DNA of 64,000 nucleotides. It comes from Actinomycetes bacterium. GTDB lineage: Bacteria > Actinomycetota > UBA4738 > HRBIN12. The stretch is taken from the NCBI GenBank assembly GCA_031364965.1, contig JANLXF010000089.1:15709-79708 (forward strand), in the 5' to 3' direction. The notes below the pieces were generated by a model. That model did no database searches and was not told where the DNA came from. It worked only from the letters and a program-made list of their open reading frames with translations. The position numbers and the translations under genes are program-made. Of the stretch, positions 47,504 to 56,172 are shown piece after piece (the stretch's first letter is position 1; each line of letters starts with the position of its first letter).

Positions 47504-48967
47504 TCACTCGATCAGCTCGCGGTCGATCGTCCACGCCCCGCCCGGCTCGCGGCTGCTGACGTCGATCGTCGTGCCGTCGGCCATGGCCAGCCGGAACGTT
47601 CGGAACCGCTCGCCCTCGCGCTCGACCAGCGCGGCGTGCACGACCTCGACGGGCTCCTCCACCCCGCCCCAGAGCACGGCGCGTGGCCACTCGTCGGCGC
47701 GCGCCCCTTCGTGGAACCGGAGCCGGATCTCGGGCTCGCCTCGGATCCACCGTGGGAGCACGGGAGCCCACAATAGGAATACGACCCCGATCAGGGCTGC
47801 CGAACCGTTCTCGCCGATCGTCGGCAACAGCACGATCGCCAGGACCGCCGCGAACAGACGCGACATGTTGTAGGCGACGTCGTAGACCGCGAACACGCGT
47901 CCTCGCAGGCCGTCGGGGACGGCCTCCTGCACCATCGTGTCGACCGGGATCTTCTTCCAGGCGAACGAGAGTCCGATCGCGAAGCTCGCGATCAGTACGG
48001 TCCAACGGTCCAGGAGCAGGCTCACCGCCAGGAGTGAGACCCCGCCGAAGACGAACGACCACGCGACGATCCGTTCGCGAGCGAAGCGTCGATCGAGCCG
48101 TCCCACGGTCGCGAGTCCGAGGAACACCCCCACACCGCCGGCTCCGATCAACCACGAGAACGACCCCACGCCCTGGCCGAATCGCTCTTTGAACACCACG
48201 AGGGCCAGCACGAGCACGAGGCCCTGGCCCATCTGATCCACCGAGATCGAGGCGATCGGGCCGATCGCGCGCGGCGTGCGGACGATGTGTTTGATCCCCT
48301 CGGTGAACTCGACCGCGACTCGGGTGATCTGACGGCGGAGCTGCTCGGGCGCCTCCGGAAGCTGGTGCGGTCGCAGGTCGCTCCGGATCGTGACCGCGAT
48401 CGCCGACGCGACCAGCCACGCGGTGGCGGCGAGGGTCACGATCGTGCCGTTGCCGAAAGACTCGGACACGAGGCCGCCCGCGAACACGCCGACGAGCAGC
48501 GCCACCGTGCCGCCGACCGTGGCGACGGAGTTCGCCGCCAGGAGGTCTTCGGTGGGGACGAGCCGCGGCACGACCGCCTGCGCCGTCGCCAGGAAGAACC
48601 GGTTCACCGAGGTGACCCAGAGCGCGCCCGCGTAGAAGAGCACCGCCCGCCGATCGGGGTTCAGGAGCACCAGGAACGCCGGCGCGGCGCGGAGCAGCGG
48701 CGCGACGATCATGATCTTCCGCCGCGACCAGCGGTCGATGAAGACCCCTGCGAACGGCCCGAGGATCGAGAACGGCACGATCACGATCGCCGACGCGAGC
48801 GCGAATCCGGCCGCGGTGGTGGCTCGGTCCGGAGCGAAGGCGAGCGAGGCGACCAGGGCAGCCTGGATGAGCCCGTCCGCGGTCTGGCTCACCAGCCGGA
48901 TCCCGAGGAGCCGCCGGAAATCCGCGTGGCGCAGCGCATCGCGCACGCTCCCCATCTTGCCGGCCAT
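47504..48967 (-). CDS. MFS transporter with C-terminal cytoplasmic extension
   Basis: 487 aa. 12 TM segments plus a ~90-aa soluble tail. Confidence 0.85.
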   Translation of the reverse strand: MAGKMGSVRDALRHADFRRLLGIRLVSQTADGLIQAALVASLAFAPDRATTAAGFALASAIVIVPFSILGPFAGVFIDRWSRRKIMIVAPLLRAAPAFLVLLNPDRRAVLFYAGALWVTSVNRFFLATAQAVVPRLVPTEDLLAANSVATVGGTVALLVGVFAGGLVSESFGNGTIVTLAATAWLVASAIAVTIRSDLRPHQLPEAPEQLRRQITRVAVEFTEGIKHIVRTPRAIGPIASISVDQMGQGLVLVLALVVFKERFGQGVGSFSWLIGAGGVGVFLGLATVGRLDRRFARERIVAWSFVFGGVSLLAVSLLLDRWTVLIASFAIGLSFAWKKIPVDTMVQEAVPDGLRGRVFAVYDVAYNMSRLFAAVLAIVLLPTIGENGSAALIGVVFLLWAPVLPRWIRGEPEIRLRFHEGARADEWPRAVLWGGVEEPVEVVHAALVEREGERFRTFRLAMADGTTIDVSSREPGGAWTIDRELIE

Positions 48968-49026
48968 GGTCCGAGCGTACCCGCGGGGGCTACGGAAACG
49001 GTGCCGTCGATGCCGATATCACCTGG

Positions 49027-50592
49027 GTGCGACGAGCGCTCTACCTGCTGCCCGCAGCGATGCTCGCGGCCTCCTTCGTGGTGGCCGGCCGAAGCCTGTC
49101 CTCGTTCGCCGTGGCGCCCGGTGCGAACGGATCGATCGCCTTCGAGTCCGACCGCGACGGCGATCTCGACATCTTCACGATCCAGCCCGACGGGACCGCG
49201 CTCACGAAGCTCACGCAGAACACCGTCGCGGATCGCGACCCGGCCTGGTCACCCGACGGCTCGAAGATCGCGTTCGTGCGCGACGGGTGTTCGGGGACAT
49301 GCCGGAACCTCTGGGTGATGAACACCGACGGGACCGGCGAGCTGCAGCTCACGAACGAGCCCTCGAGCGTGGCCGACGCCAACCCGTCCTGGTCGCCCGA
49401 CGGCACCACCATCGCCTTCGCGCACCCGACGGATAACGGCGGTCAGTACTACAAGCAGATCTGGTCGGTCCCGGCGGCCGGCGGATCGCTCACCCAGCTC
49501 ACCGCGGCCGCCTTCGCGAGCTGGTCGCCGGACTGGTCCCCCGACGGCTCGAGGATCGTGTTCACCTCGACCCGCGCCGGGGATGCCGCGATCTACACGA
49601 TGAACGCCGACGGCAGCGCTCAAACCAAGGTGTCGTTCGCCGGCGTCACCACGCCGCCCGCCTTCTTGCTCGGCGGTCCGTCGTGGTCGCCGGACGGCAC
49701 CACGTTCGCGTTCCACGGCGCCGGGAGCGCCACGCTCGAGGTACCCAGGCTGCTGCTGTCGGACGCCGACGGCGCGAACACCCGGACCCTGTACGACCCG
49801 ACCGGCGAGGTGTACCCACCCTCGTGGGCGCCCAACGGCAACAAGCTGGTCGTCACGGTGAACACGGGGAGCGGCGCGGTGACGAACATGCAGCTCTACG
49901 TCGTGAACGTCTCGACGGGCGCCGCGACGGCGCTGGCCTCGTCCGGCTCGGTGGAACAGAACCCGAGTTGGCAGCCGGGCATCGCTGCGTCCCCGACACC
50001 GAGCGCGACCGCCTCGGCTTCCGCCTCGCCCGATCCGAGCCCGACGGCGACCCCGCCGCCTCCACCGCCGGGTGGGATCCACGTGGCGGTCACCGACGAC
50101 CTCTTCACGCCGCCGACGGTCGATCTCGCGCGCGGTGGCACGATCGTGTTCGATCACCTCGGGCCCTCGCATCACACGGCCACCGACGCGACCGGGATGC
50201 TCCTGTACGACTCGGGCGCGGTCGACGACACGAGTCCGCCCACCTGGTACACCTTCGAGGCGGCGGGGGTGTATCCGTTCACGTGCCTGCTGCACCCGTG
50301 GATGGGCGGACGGGCGCGCGTGCCGCTGCGCGCGGCCCCGGCCACCGGGCTACTCGGGAAGATCCGCACCGTCACGTGGTCGACCGGCTCGGCGTCGGTC
50401 GGGTTCGTCTTCGACGTGCAGGTCCGACGTCCGGGCCAGGGATGGGCCTCGTGGCGGAAGGCCACCCCGTGGCCCTCGGCCTCGTTCCTGGCGGACGCGG
50501 GGACCGGGGGGTACCGGTTCCGCGCACGGCTCCGTGAGGTGGGGGTCGCCGCGTCGCGATGGTCGCAGCCAGCGACGATCCGCGTGGGTTAG
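49027..50592 (+). CDS. Secreted TolB-like (PD40) beta-propeller protein fused to a C-terminal cupredoxin (type-1 copper) domain
   Basis: Signal peptide. PD40 repeats (DPAWSPDGSKIAFV, NPSWSPDGTTIAFAH, SWSPDWSPDGSRIVF, PSWSPDGTTFAFH). A Pro/Ser/Thr linker precedes the plastocyanin-like ligand set HH...YPFTCLLHPWMGG. Confidence 0.8.
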   Translation: MRRALYLLPAAMLAASFVVAGRSLSSFAVAPGANGSIAFESDRDGDLDIFTIQPDGTALTKLTQNTVADRDPAWSPDGSKIAFVRDGCSGTCRNLWVMNTDGTGELQLTNEPSSVADANPSWSPDGTTIAFAHPTDNGGQYYKQIWSVPAAGGSLTQLTAAAFASWSPDWSPDGSRIVFTSTRAGDAAIYTMNADGSAQTKVSFAGVTTPPAFLLGGPSWSPDGTTFAFHGAGSATLEVPRLLLSDADGANTRTLYDPTGEVYPPSWAPNGNKLVVTVNTGSGAVTNMQLYVVNVSTGAATALASSGSVEQNPSWQPGIAASPTPSATASASASPDPSPTATPPPPPPGGIHVAVTDDLFTPPTVDLARGGTIVFDHLGPSHHTATDATGMLLYDSGAVDDTSPPTWYTFEAAGVYPFTCLLHPWMGGRARVPLRAAPATGLLGKIRTVTWSTGSASVGFVFDVQVRRPGQGWASWRKATPWPSASFLADAGTGGYRFRARLREVGVAASRWSQPATIRVG

Positions 50593-50655
50593 CCCACCGT
50601 CGGCGGGGTCCCCCCGCGGTACGGTCGTGGCGTGGACGCGACGAGAGGGGACCCG

Positions 50656-51429
50656 ATGGCCCGCTTCAAGGTGGGGGCGCAGTTCCACCCGCAGCACACG
50701 ACGATGGACGTGCTCCGAGCCGGCTGGCGCGAGGCCGACGCGCTCGGCGTCGATTCGATCTGGACGTGGGATCACTTCTACCCGCTGTACGGCGAGGCGG
50801 ACGGGGCGCACTTCGAGGGGTGGTCGATGCTCGCCGCGATGGCCTGCGACACCGAGCGCGCCGAGTTCGGGATGCTCGTGACCTGCAACTCGTACCGGAA
50901 CCCCGAGCTGCTCGCCGACATGGCGCGCACGATCGACCATCTGAGCCACGGCCGGCTGATCCTCGGGATCGGGTCGGGCTGGTTCGAGCGCGACTACGAC
51001 GAGTACGGGTACGACTTCGGCACGGCGATCGGGCGCCTGCAGGCCCTCGAGGCCTCGCTCCCGCGGATCGAGGCGCGCCTCGGCAAGCTCGACCCGCCGC
51101 CGGTTCGCTCACCGATGCCGCTCCTGATCGGCGGCAGCGGCGAGAAGGTTACGCTGCGGCTCGTCGCCGAACACGCCTCGATATGGAACAGCTTCGGTCC
51201 GCCCGAGACGTACGCGAAGAAGAACGCGGTGCTCGACGGATGGTGCGAGCGGATCGGCCGCGACCCCAAAGAGATCGAGCGCACGGTGCTCATCGACGAC
51301 GCCGACGACATCGAGAACACCGACGCGTATCTCGAGGCGGGCGCCCAGCATCTGATCGTGGGGCTGGGGACGACGGGCGAGACCCCGTTCGACCTGGCGC
51401 CGGTGCGGGCGCTTCTCGACGCGCGGTAG
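50656..51429 (+). CDS. LLM-class F420-dependent oxidoreductase
   Basis: The ATG at 50656 has SD gagagggg. Luciferase-like TIM-barrel motifs are present (IWTWDHF; RLILGIGSGW). Confidence 0.8.
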   Translation: MARFKVGAQFHPQHTTMDVLRAGWREADALGVDSIWTWDHFYPLYGEADGAHFEGWSMLAAMACDTERAEFGMLVTCNSYRNPELLADMARTIDHLSHGRLILGIGSGWFERDYDEYGYDFGTAIGRLQALEASLPRIEARLGKLDPPPVRSPMPLLIGGSGEKVTLRLVAEHASIWNSFGPPETYAKKNAVLDGWCERIGRDPKEIERTVLIDDADDIENTDAYLEAGAQHLIVGLGTTGETPFDLAPVRALLDAR

Positions 51430-51440
51430 CCACCCGTAAC

Positions 51441-51471
51441 GGCGACCGGGCTCCCGAAGAGCCCGGTCGCC
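51441..51471. terminator. Perfect 13-bp stem hairpin between convergent LLM and ino1 genes (bidirectional terminator)
   Basis: ggcgaccgggctc-ccgaa-gagcccggtcgcc. Confidence 0.65.
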
Positions 51472-51491
51472 GTGCAATGGGGCCGCGATGG

Positions 51492-52640
51492 TCAGATCGT
51501 GGGCTGGGTCTCCCGCGTGTCCACGATCTGGATCGCCTGCTGATGACTCTGCTGCGTCTCGAGGTCGGCCGGCTTCCCGGCGATGTAGGCCTCCACCATC
51601 TGGTGCGCCTCCTCGTCGGTGAACTGCACGGGCGGGGACTTCATGAAGTACGACGATGGTCCGATCAGCGGACCGCCGATCCCGCGATCGAGCGCGAGCT
51701 TCGCGCAGCGCACCGCGTCGATGATCACACCGGCCGAGTTCGGAGAGTCCCAGACCTCGAGCTTCATCTCGATCGTCAGCGGGATGTCGCCGAAGTTGCG
51801 GCCTTCGAGGCGGATCATCGCCCACTTGCGGTCCTCGAGCCACGGCACGTGGTCGCTCGGCCCGATGTGGATGTTCTCCTTCGAGAGCGGCTCCTCGAGC
51901 TGGGACTGCACCGACTGCGTCTTCGAGATCTTCTTCGAGACGAGGCGCTCGCGCTCGAGCATGTTCATGAAGTCCATGTTGCCGCCGAAGTTCAGCTGAT
52001 AGGTGCGGTCGAGCTCGACGCCGCGATCCTCGAAGAGCTTGGCGAGCACGCGGTGCGTGATCGTCGCGCCCACCTGGGACTTGATGTCGTCGCCCACGAT
52101 CGGCACGCCGGCATCGCGGAACTTCTTCGCCCATGCGAGGTCGCTCGCGATGAACACCGGCAGCGCGTTCACGAAGGCCACGCCGGAATCGAGCGCGCAC
52201 TGCGCGTAGTGGCGGGCGGCTTGCTCCGAGCCCACGGGCAGGTAGCACACGAGCACGTCGGCGGCGGTGTCCTTCAGGACCTGCACGACATCGACCTCGG
52301 GCGCGTCGGACTCGGTGACGACCTGGCGGTAGTAGACGCCGAGGCCGTCGAGGGTGCGGCCCTTCTGGACGGTGACGCCGGTCGGCGGGACGTCGGAGAA
52401 CTTGATCGTGTTGTTCGGCGCCGTGAAGATCGCGTCGGCGACGTCCTTGCCGACCTTCGCGGCGTCGACATCGAACGCGGCCACGACCTCGACGTCGCGG
52501 ACGTGGTAGCCGCCCAGCTCGACGTGCATCAGGCCGGGGACGCGGTCCTCGGGGCTGGCGTCCGTGTAGTACTCGAGGCCCTGGATCAGCGATGAGGCGC
52601 AGTTGCCCACGCCCACGATCGCGATACGAACCCTGCTCAT
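51492..52640 (-). CDS. ino1: myo-Inositol-1-phosphate synthase (actinobacterial type)
   Basis: The ATG at 52640 has SD aggaagga. NAD-binding [11 protein letters not shown], and strong similarity along the whole length to Rv0046c-type INO1. Confidence 0.92.
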   Translation of the reverse strand: MSRVRIAIVGVGNCASSLIQGLEYYTDASPEDRVPGLMHVELGGYHVRDVEVVAAFDVDAAKVGKDVADAIFTAPNNTIKFSDVPPTGVTVQKGRTLDGLGVYYRQVVTESDAPEVDVVQVLKDTAADVLVCYLPVGSEQAARHYAQCALDSGVAFVNALPVFIASDLAWAKKFRDAGVPIVGDDIKSQVGATITHRVLAKLFEDRGVELDRTYQLNFGGNMDFMNMLERERLVSKKISKTQSVQSQLEEPLSKENIHIGPSDHVPWLEDRKWAMIRLEGRNFGDIPLTIEMKLEVWDSPNSAGVIIDAVRCAKLALDRGIGGPLIGPSSYFMKSPPVQFTDEEAHQMVEAYIAGKPADLETQQSHQQAIQIVDTRETQPTI

Positions 52641-53209
52641 GACGTGTGCTCCTTCCTGCGGAGCGAACGTCGCTCCGATGGGGTGGTCTTGGTACGGGAA
52701 CGCTCTGCCGTGAGCAGGCCGTCGACCCACGCGAGGTCGGACTCGGTAGCCGAACGGCCGTGCTCCATCAGCGAGAGCGTGTAGTCGTCGACGCGCGCGC
52801 GGGTCGTGCGCAGCGAGTCGCTGATCGTGTTGAGCCGCTCCTCCAGGGTCGCCCGGCGGCGCTCCAGGAGGCGGATCCGGGTCTCGGGCGGCAGGTACCG
52901 GAAGAACGCGAGTCGCACCCGGAACCGGGTGTCCTCGGTCGAGTTGTCGTGCGGGGTCTCCTGGAGCAGCTCCAAGAACGCGACCTCGCCCTGCTCGGTG
53001 ATGCGATAGACGTGCTTTCGGCGCCCCGCCGTGGGCTGTTCGCCCTCGACCTCGATCGCGCCGCTCCGCTCGAGCCGGCGAAGGGTCGGGTAGAGGGAGC
53101 CGTAGGAGACCCGCCAGAATCCGCCGAGCGCGTCACCCAGCTCCCGAGAGAGTTGGTAGCCGTGCATCGGCTGCTCCTTGAGGAGGCCGAGGATCGCAAG
53201 CTCGAGCAT
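52637..53209 (-). CDS. PadR-family transcriptional regulator (Rv0047c-like, ino1-linked)
   Basis: PadR wHTH ([21 protein letters not shown]...[16 protein letters not shown]). Upstream of ino1 with a 4-nt overlap. Confidence 0.85.
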   Translation of the reverse strand: MLELAILGLLKEQPMHGYQLSRELGDALGGFWRVSYGSLYPTLRRLERSGAIEVEGEQPTAGRRKHVYRITEQGEVAFLELLQETPHDNSTEDTRFRVRLAFFRYLPPETRIRLLERRRATLEERLNTISDSLRTTRARVDDYTLSLMEHGRSATESDLAWVDGLLTAERSRTKTTPSERRSLRRKEHTS

Positions 53210-53244
53210 CTGGGTGTGGGCCCTTCCGGGGTCGGATGACGGTT

Positions 53245-53280
53245 CGATATATCGCAAGCATATATCGCTTCGATATATCT
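53245..53280. promoter_or_regulatory. Three copies of palindromic ATATATCG motif (CGATATATCG / CATATATCG / CGATATATC) at ~13-bp spacing in the padR/RHH divergent promoter
   Basis: Direct reading. Located 36-71 bp upstream of the padR ATG, in the only AT-rich patch of the region. Confidence 0.6.
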
Positions 53281-53362
53281 ATACCGGGCGACCGGCGGAG
53301 GCGTCAACCATCCGAATGGCCGTTGGGAAGCACGAGCGCTTCAGGGAAGATATCCCCTGGAG

Positions 53363-53596
53363 GTGACCGAGATCCGCCAGCCCCCCATCCACGTCCCCCG
53401 GGCCGTCTACGACGAGCTACGTACGGTCGCGCTCGCATCCGGGATCGATGTCGACGAGCACGTGGCGCGCGCCCTGCGCGCCTATCTCGCCGACGGCGGC
53501 CATCAGGCCGCGGTCACGGGGTTCGCGGAGCGGGCCCGGCAGCGCCATCGTGGCGCGCTCGACCTGCTCGCAGCGCCATCGAGATCGCATACCTGA
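53363..53596 (+). CDS. Ribbon-helix-helix (CopG/antitoxin-like) protein
   Basis: GTG start with SD cctggagg. Beta-strand IHVP followed by two helices (AVYDELRTVAL; VDEHVARALRAYL), typical of RHH. Confidence 0.6.
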   Translation: MTEIRQPPIHVPRAVYDELRTVALASGIDVDEHVARALRAYLADGGHQAAVTGFAERARQRHRGALDLLAAPSRSHT

Positions 53597-53631
53597 GCGC
53601 GGCCGATGTCACCTCGATCGCCTCGGCCGAG

Positions 53632-53979
53632 GTGGGCGCGGGCGGCGCCTGCGATGCCCTGGCGCTGCAGGCGGCCGTGGAGCTCCCGAGATCCCGCGAC
53701 GGGGACCGCGACGCCTATCCGGGCATCCATCTGAAGGCGGCCGCGCTCCTCGAGGCGCTCGTGCGGTTGCGCCCCTTCGAGCAGGGCAACGATCAGGTGG
53801 CCCTGCTCGCCGTCGCCGTGTTCGTGAACCTGAACGGCTGGGATCTCGAAGCCGAGCCCGACGAGCTCGCGCTCCTTACCCGGATGAGCGCGCAGGGCCG
53901 TCTGCCGCTGTTCGATATCGCGGCCGGGCTCGAATCGGCGACCGTCAGGCTGTCGCTGGAGGAGGAGGAGCCGCCGTGA
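53632..53979 (+). pseudogene. Doc/Fic-family toxin-like protein with degenerate catalytic motif (RPFEQGNDQ in place of HxFxDANKR); no canonical start in frame before 53632
   Basis: Aligns with P1 Doc across the motif and the C-terminal region (FEQGNDQVALLAVAVFVNLNGW.....LALLT vs HIFNDANKRTALNSALLFLRRNGV.....LADLT). The frame is open from 53236 and overlaps the RHH ORF in another frame. Confidence 0.45.
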
Positions 53980-55174
53980 CGGCTGCCGGCGCCGGACGCC
54001 GCCCGGCGGCCAGAGCGAGCCAGGCCGACGCGAGGCCCAGCACGCCGCACCCGAGCCACAGCGTTGTTGTGCTGACGTCGTAGACGGCGGTGCCGGCCAT
54101 CGGCCCGGCGATCGCGGCGGTGGCGTACATCATCCCGAGCGATCCCTGATACCGGCCCCGCGCATGCTCCGGCGCGCGGTCGGCCACGAACGCCGAGGTC
54201 GAGGGCGATTCGACGATCTCGCCGAGCGTCCAGATCACGACCATCAACACGAGCCCGGGAAGCCCCTGGACGACCGCGAGGATGGCGAACCCCAGTCCGA
54301 CGAGCACGGCACCACCCGCGACCATGCGCGTGCGCTCGCGGCGCATCGCCCACGCGGTGATCGGCAGCTCCAGCAGCACGACGAGGACGCCGTTCGCCGC
54401 CTGCAGGAAGCCGTACGTGGCGGTGGAGTAGCCGAGGTCGCGCACATGCAGCGCGAAGGTGCTCGCGTTCTGCATGTAGACCACCGCGGTGAGGAAGACG
54501 GCCCCCAGGAACAACTGGAATCCCCGGTCGGCGGCGATCGATCGGCCGGCCGACCCCAGGCTGCGCTCTTCCTGCTTCGTGGTGCGCGTGCCGTGGGGGA
54601 GCGCGATCAGCGCGATCCCGGCGAACGTCCCCGAGGTGATCGCGTCGCCGACGAACAGCAGGTCGAACGAACGCTGCGCGAGGAGTCCGGCGAGCGCGAG
54701 GCCGAACGCCCACCCGATGTTCAACATCAGACGGTAGGCGCTGAACGCCGCGACCCGGTCCTGGGGCGGAACCAGATCGGCGACGAGCGCGCTCGAGGCC
54801 GGTCGATACAGCTCGGCGACGAACCCGAGCACCAGGATGAGACCGACGATCTCGGGCAGCCCGTCGGCCCAGACCAGCGACAGGGTGAGGGCCGCGCCAC
54901 CCGACATCGACAGGACGATCGTGTTCCGCCTTCCGACGCGGTCGGCGAGCAACCCGCCGACGCCTTGCGCGCCCGTCGCCCCCAAGCCGTACGCGGCGAG
55001 CCCGAGACCGGCCTGGGTCGCCGAGTATCCCCGGTCGGTCAGGTACAGCGTGATGAAGGGCAGCACGAAGGTGCCGAGCCGGTTCACGAACGCGCCGATG
55101 AACAGGATCCACACCTCGCGCGGGAGCGATCGCAGGGTCGCTCGCAGGGAGCGCGCGTCGGGGACGACGCTCAC
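53945..55174 (-). CDS. MFS transporter
   Basis: 409 aa with a GTG start and 12 TM segments (FIGAFVNRLGTFVLPFITLYL...). Confidence 0.85.
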   Translation of the reverse strand: MSVVPDARSLRATLRSLPREVWILFIGAFVNRLGTFVLPFITLYLTDRGYSATQAGLGLAAYGLGATGAQGVGGLLADRVGRRNTIVLSMSGGAALTLSLVWADGLPEIVGLILVLGFVAELYRPASSALVADLVPPQDRVAAFSAYRLMLNIGWAFGLALAGLLAQRSFDLLFVGDAITSGTFAGIALIALPHGTRTTKQEERSLGSAGRSIAADRGFQLFLGAVFLTAVVYMQNASTFALHVRDLGYSTATYGFLQAANGVLVVLLELPITAWAMRRERTRMVAGGAVLVGLGFAILAVVQGLPGLVLMVVIWTLGEIVESPSTSAFVADRAPEHARGRYQGSLGMMYATAAIAGPMAGTAVYDVSTTTLWLGCGVLGLASAWLALAAGRRPAPAAVTAAPPPPATA

Positions 55175-55260
55175 CGGTCCGACCGGCGACGGCCCGCGGG
55201 CACCGTGGTCTCAGGCTCGGGGCTCAGCGCCGGCCTCGGAGGGTCTGACGACGGAGCGCC

Positions 55261-56172
55261 TCACCGAGCGACCGGCACGCACGCCGGCGCCGCTGGCGTG
55301 GGTTCGTCGGCATCGGCGGGTTCCTCTCTCGTCGTCGGCGGCGGGGGCAGCTGGTTCATATCATCGCCGACGTCGAGTCGCATCCGGCGGGCCGCCCGGT
55401 CGAGCGCACCCAGGAGCGGCCGCCCGAGCACGAGGACGAGCACCGCGTTGCCGACCGCGCGGAAGGAGTCCCACACGAGTGAGGTCGCCGCGTAGAAGGT
55501 CGCGTAGTGACGCAGGTTCGTGACTGCGGTGGCGTCAGCGTTCCAGCTGATCGACGATCCACCCGTCAGGAAGGGCCAGGACCACAGGTTCATCAGCGCA
55601 CCGAAGAGGTAGCCCGCCACGATGCCGTAGATGGCCAGCGCCCCGATCCGAAGGCGCCAGGACCCGGTGCGGGGCATGAGGCCCGCCCCCATCCCCACCC
55701 AGCCGACGGCGACCATCTGGAAGGGCAGCCACGGTCCGAGCCCGCCGATGAACAGCCCGCTCGCGAACGTCCCCACGGCGCCCAGAAGGAATCCGAACGT
55801 CGGGCCGAACGCGTTGCCGGCGACCAGCACGACGATGAACATCGCGCTGAACCCCGCCACGAAGCCCGGGAGGCGCAAGGCGACCATCGCGGCCCCGAGC
55901 ACCCCGAGCAAGGCGATCGTCTTCGGCCCCATGCCGCCGCGCCCCAGCTCGAGGAAGAGCAGCGCCCCGAGGCCGCCGAGCAGCACGAGCAGCACGGCGG
56001 GCCCGTCGACATGGTGGTTCTCGTTCCCGCCGGTGAGCGCGGGCAGCGCGAACGGCCAGAGGAACGCGAGCAGTCCCACCAGGTTAAGGACGATCAGCGC
56101 GGCGCCGCGCACGCGGGATCCGCCGGTCAAGGTGCGAACGCTCATCGGTCGCGCACTGCCCGCCATGTTCAT
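55261..56172 (-). CDS. Putative ECF-transporter substrate-capture (S) membrane component
   Basis: Polytopic membrane protein. Its ATG overlaps the EcfA stop (ATGA). Last gene of the riboswitch operon. Confidence 0.5.
   Translation of the reverse strand: MNMAGSARPMSVRTLTGGSRVRGAALIVLNLVGLLAFLWPFALPALTGGNENHHVDGPAVLLVLLGGLGALLFLELGRGGMGPKTIALLGVLGAAMVALRLPGFVAGFSAMFIVVLVAGNAFGPTFGFLLGAVGTFASGLFIGGLGPWLPFQMVAVGWVGMGAGLMPRTGSWRLRIGALAIYGIVAGYLFGALMNLWSWPFLTGGSSISWNADATAVTNLRHYATFYAATSLVWDSFRAVGNAVLVLVLGRPLLGALDRAARRMRLDVGDDMNQLPPPPTTREEPADADEPTPAAPACVPVAR

Noticed and set aside
47478-50295. ORFs 47478..48419(-), 48287..49318(+), 49249..50295(-)
   Set aside because: Alternative frames of the MFS and TolB-cupredoxin genes.
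50277-50392. CACGTG-containing half-matches to parS (GTTCACGTGCC at ~50277, GTCACGTGGTCGAC at ~50380)
   Set aside because: Only one half of the palindrome matches, and both lie inside the cupredoxin coding sequence. Chance occurrences.
50559-52595. 678-aa plus ORF spanning the LLM gene and antisense ino1
   Set aside because: It crosses the strong convergent terminator hairpin at 51441-51471 and is antisense to ino1.
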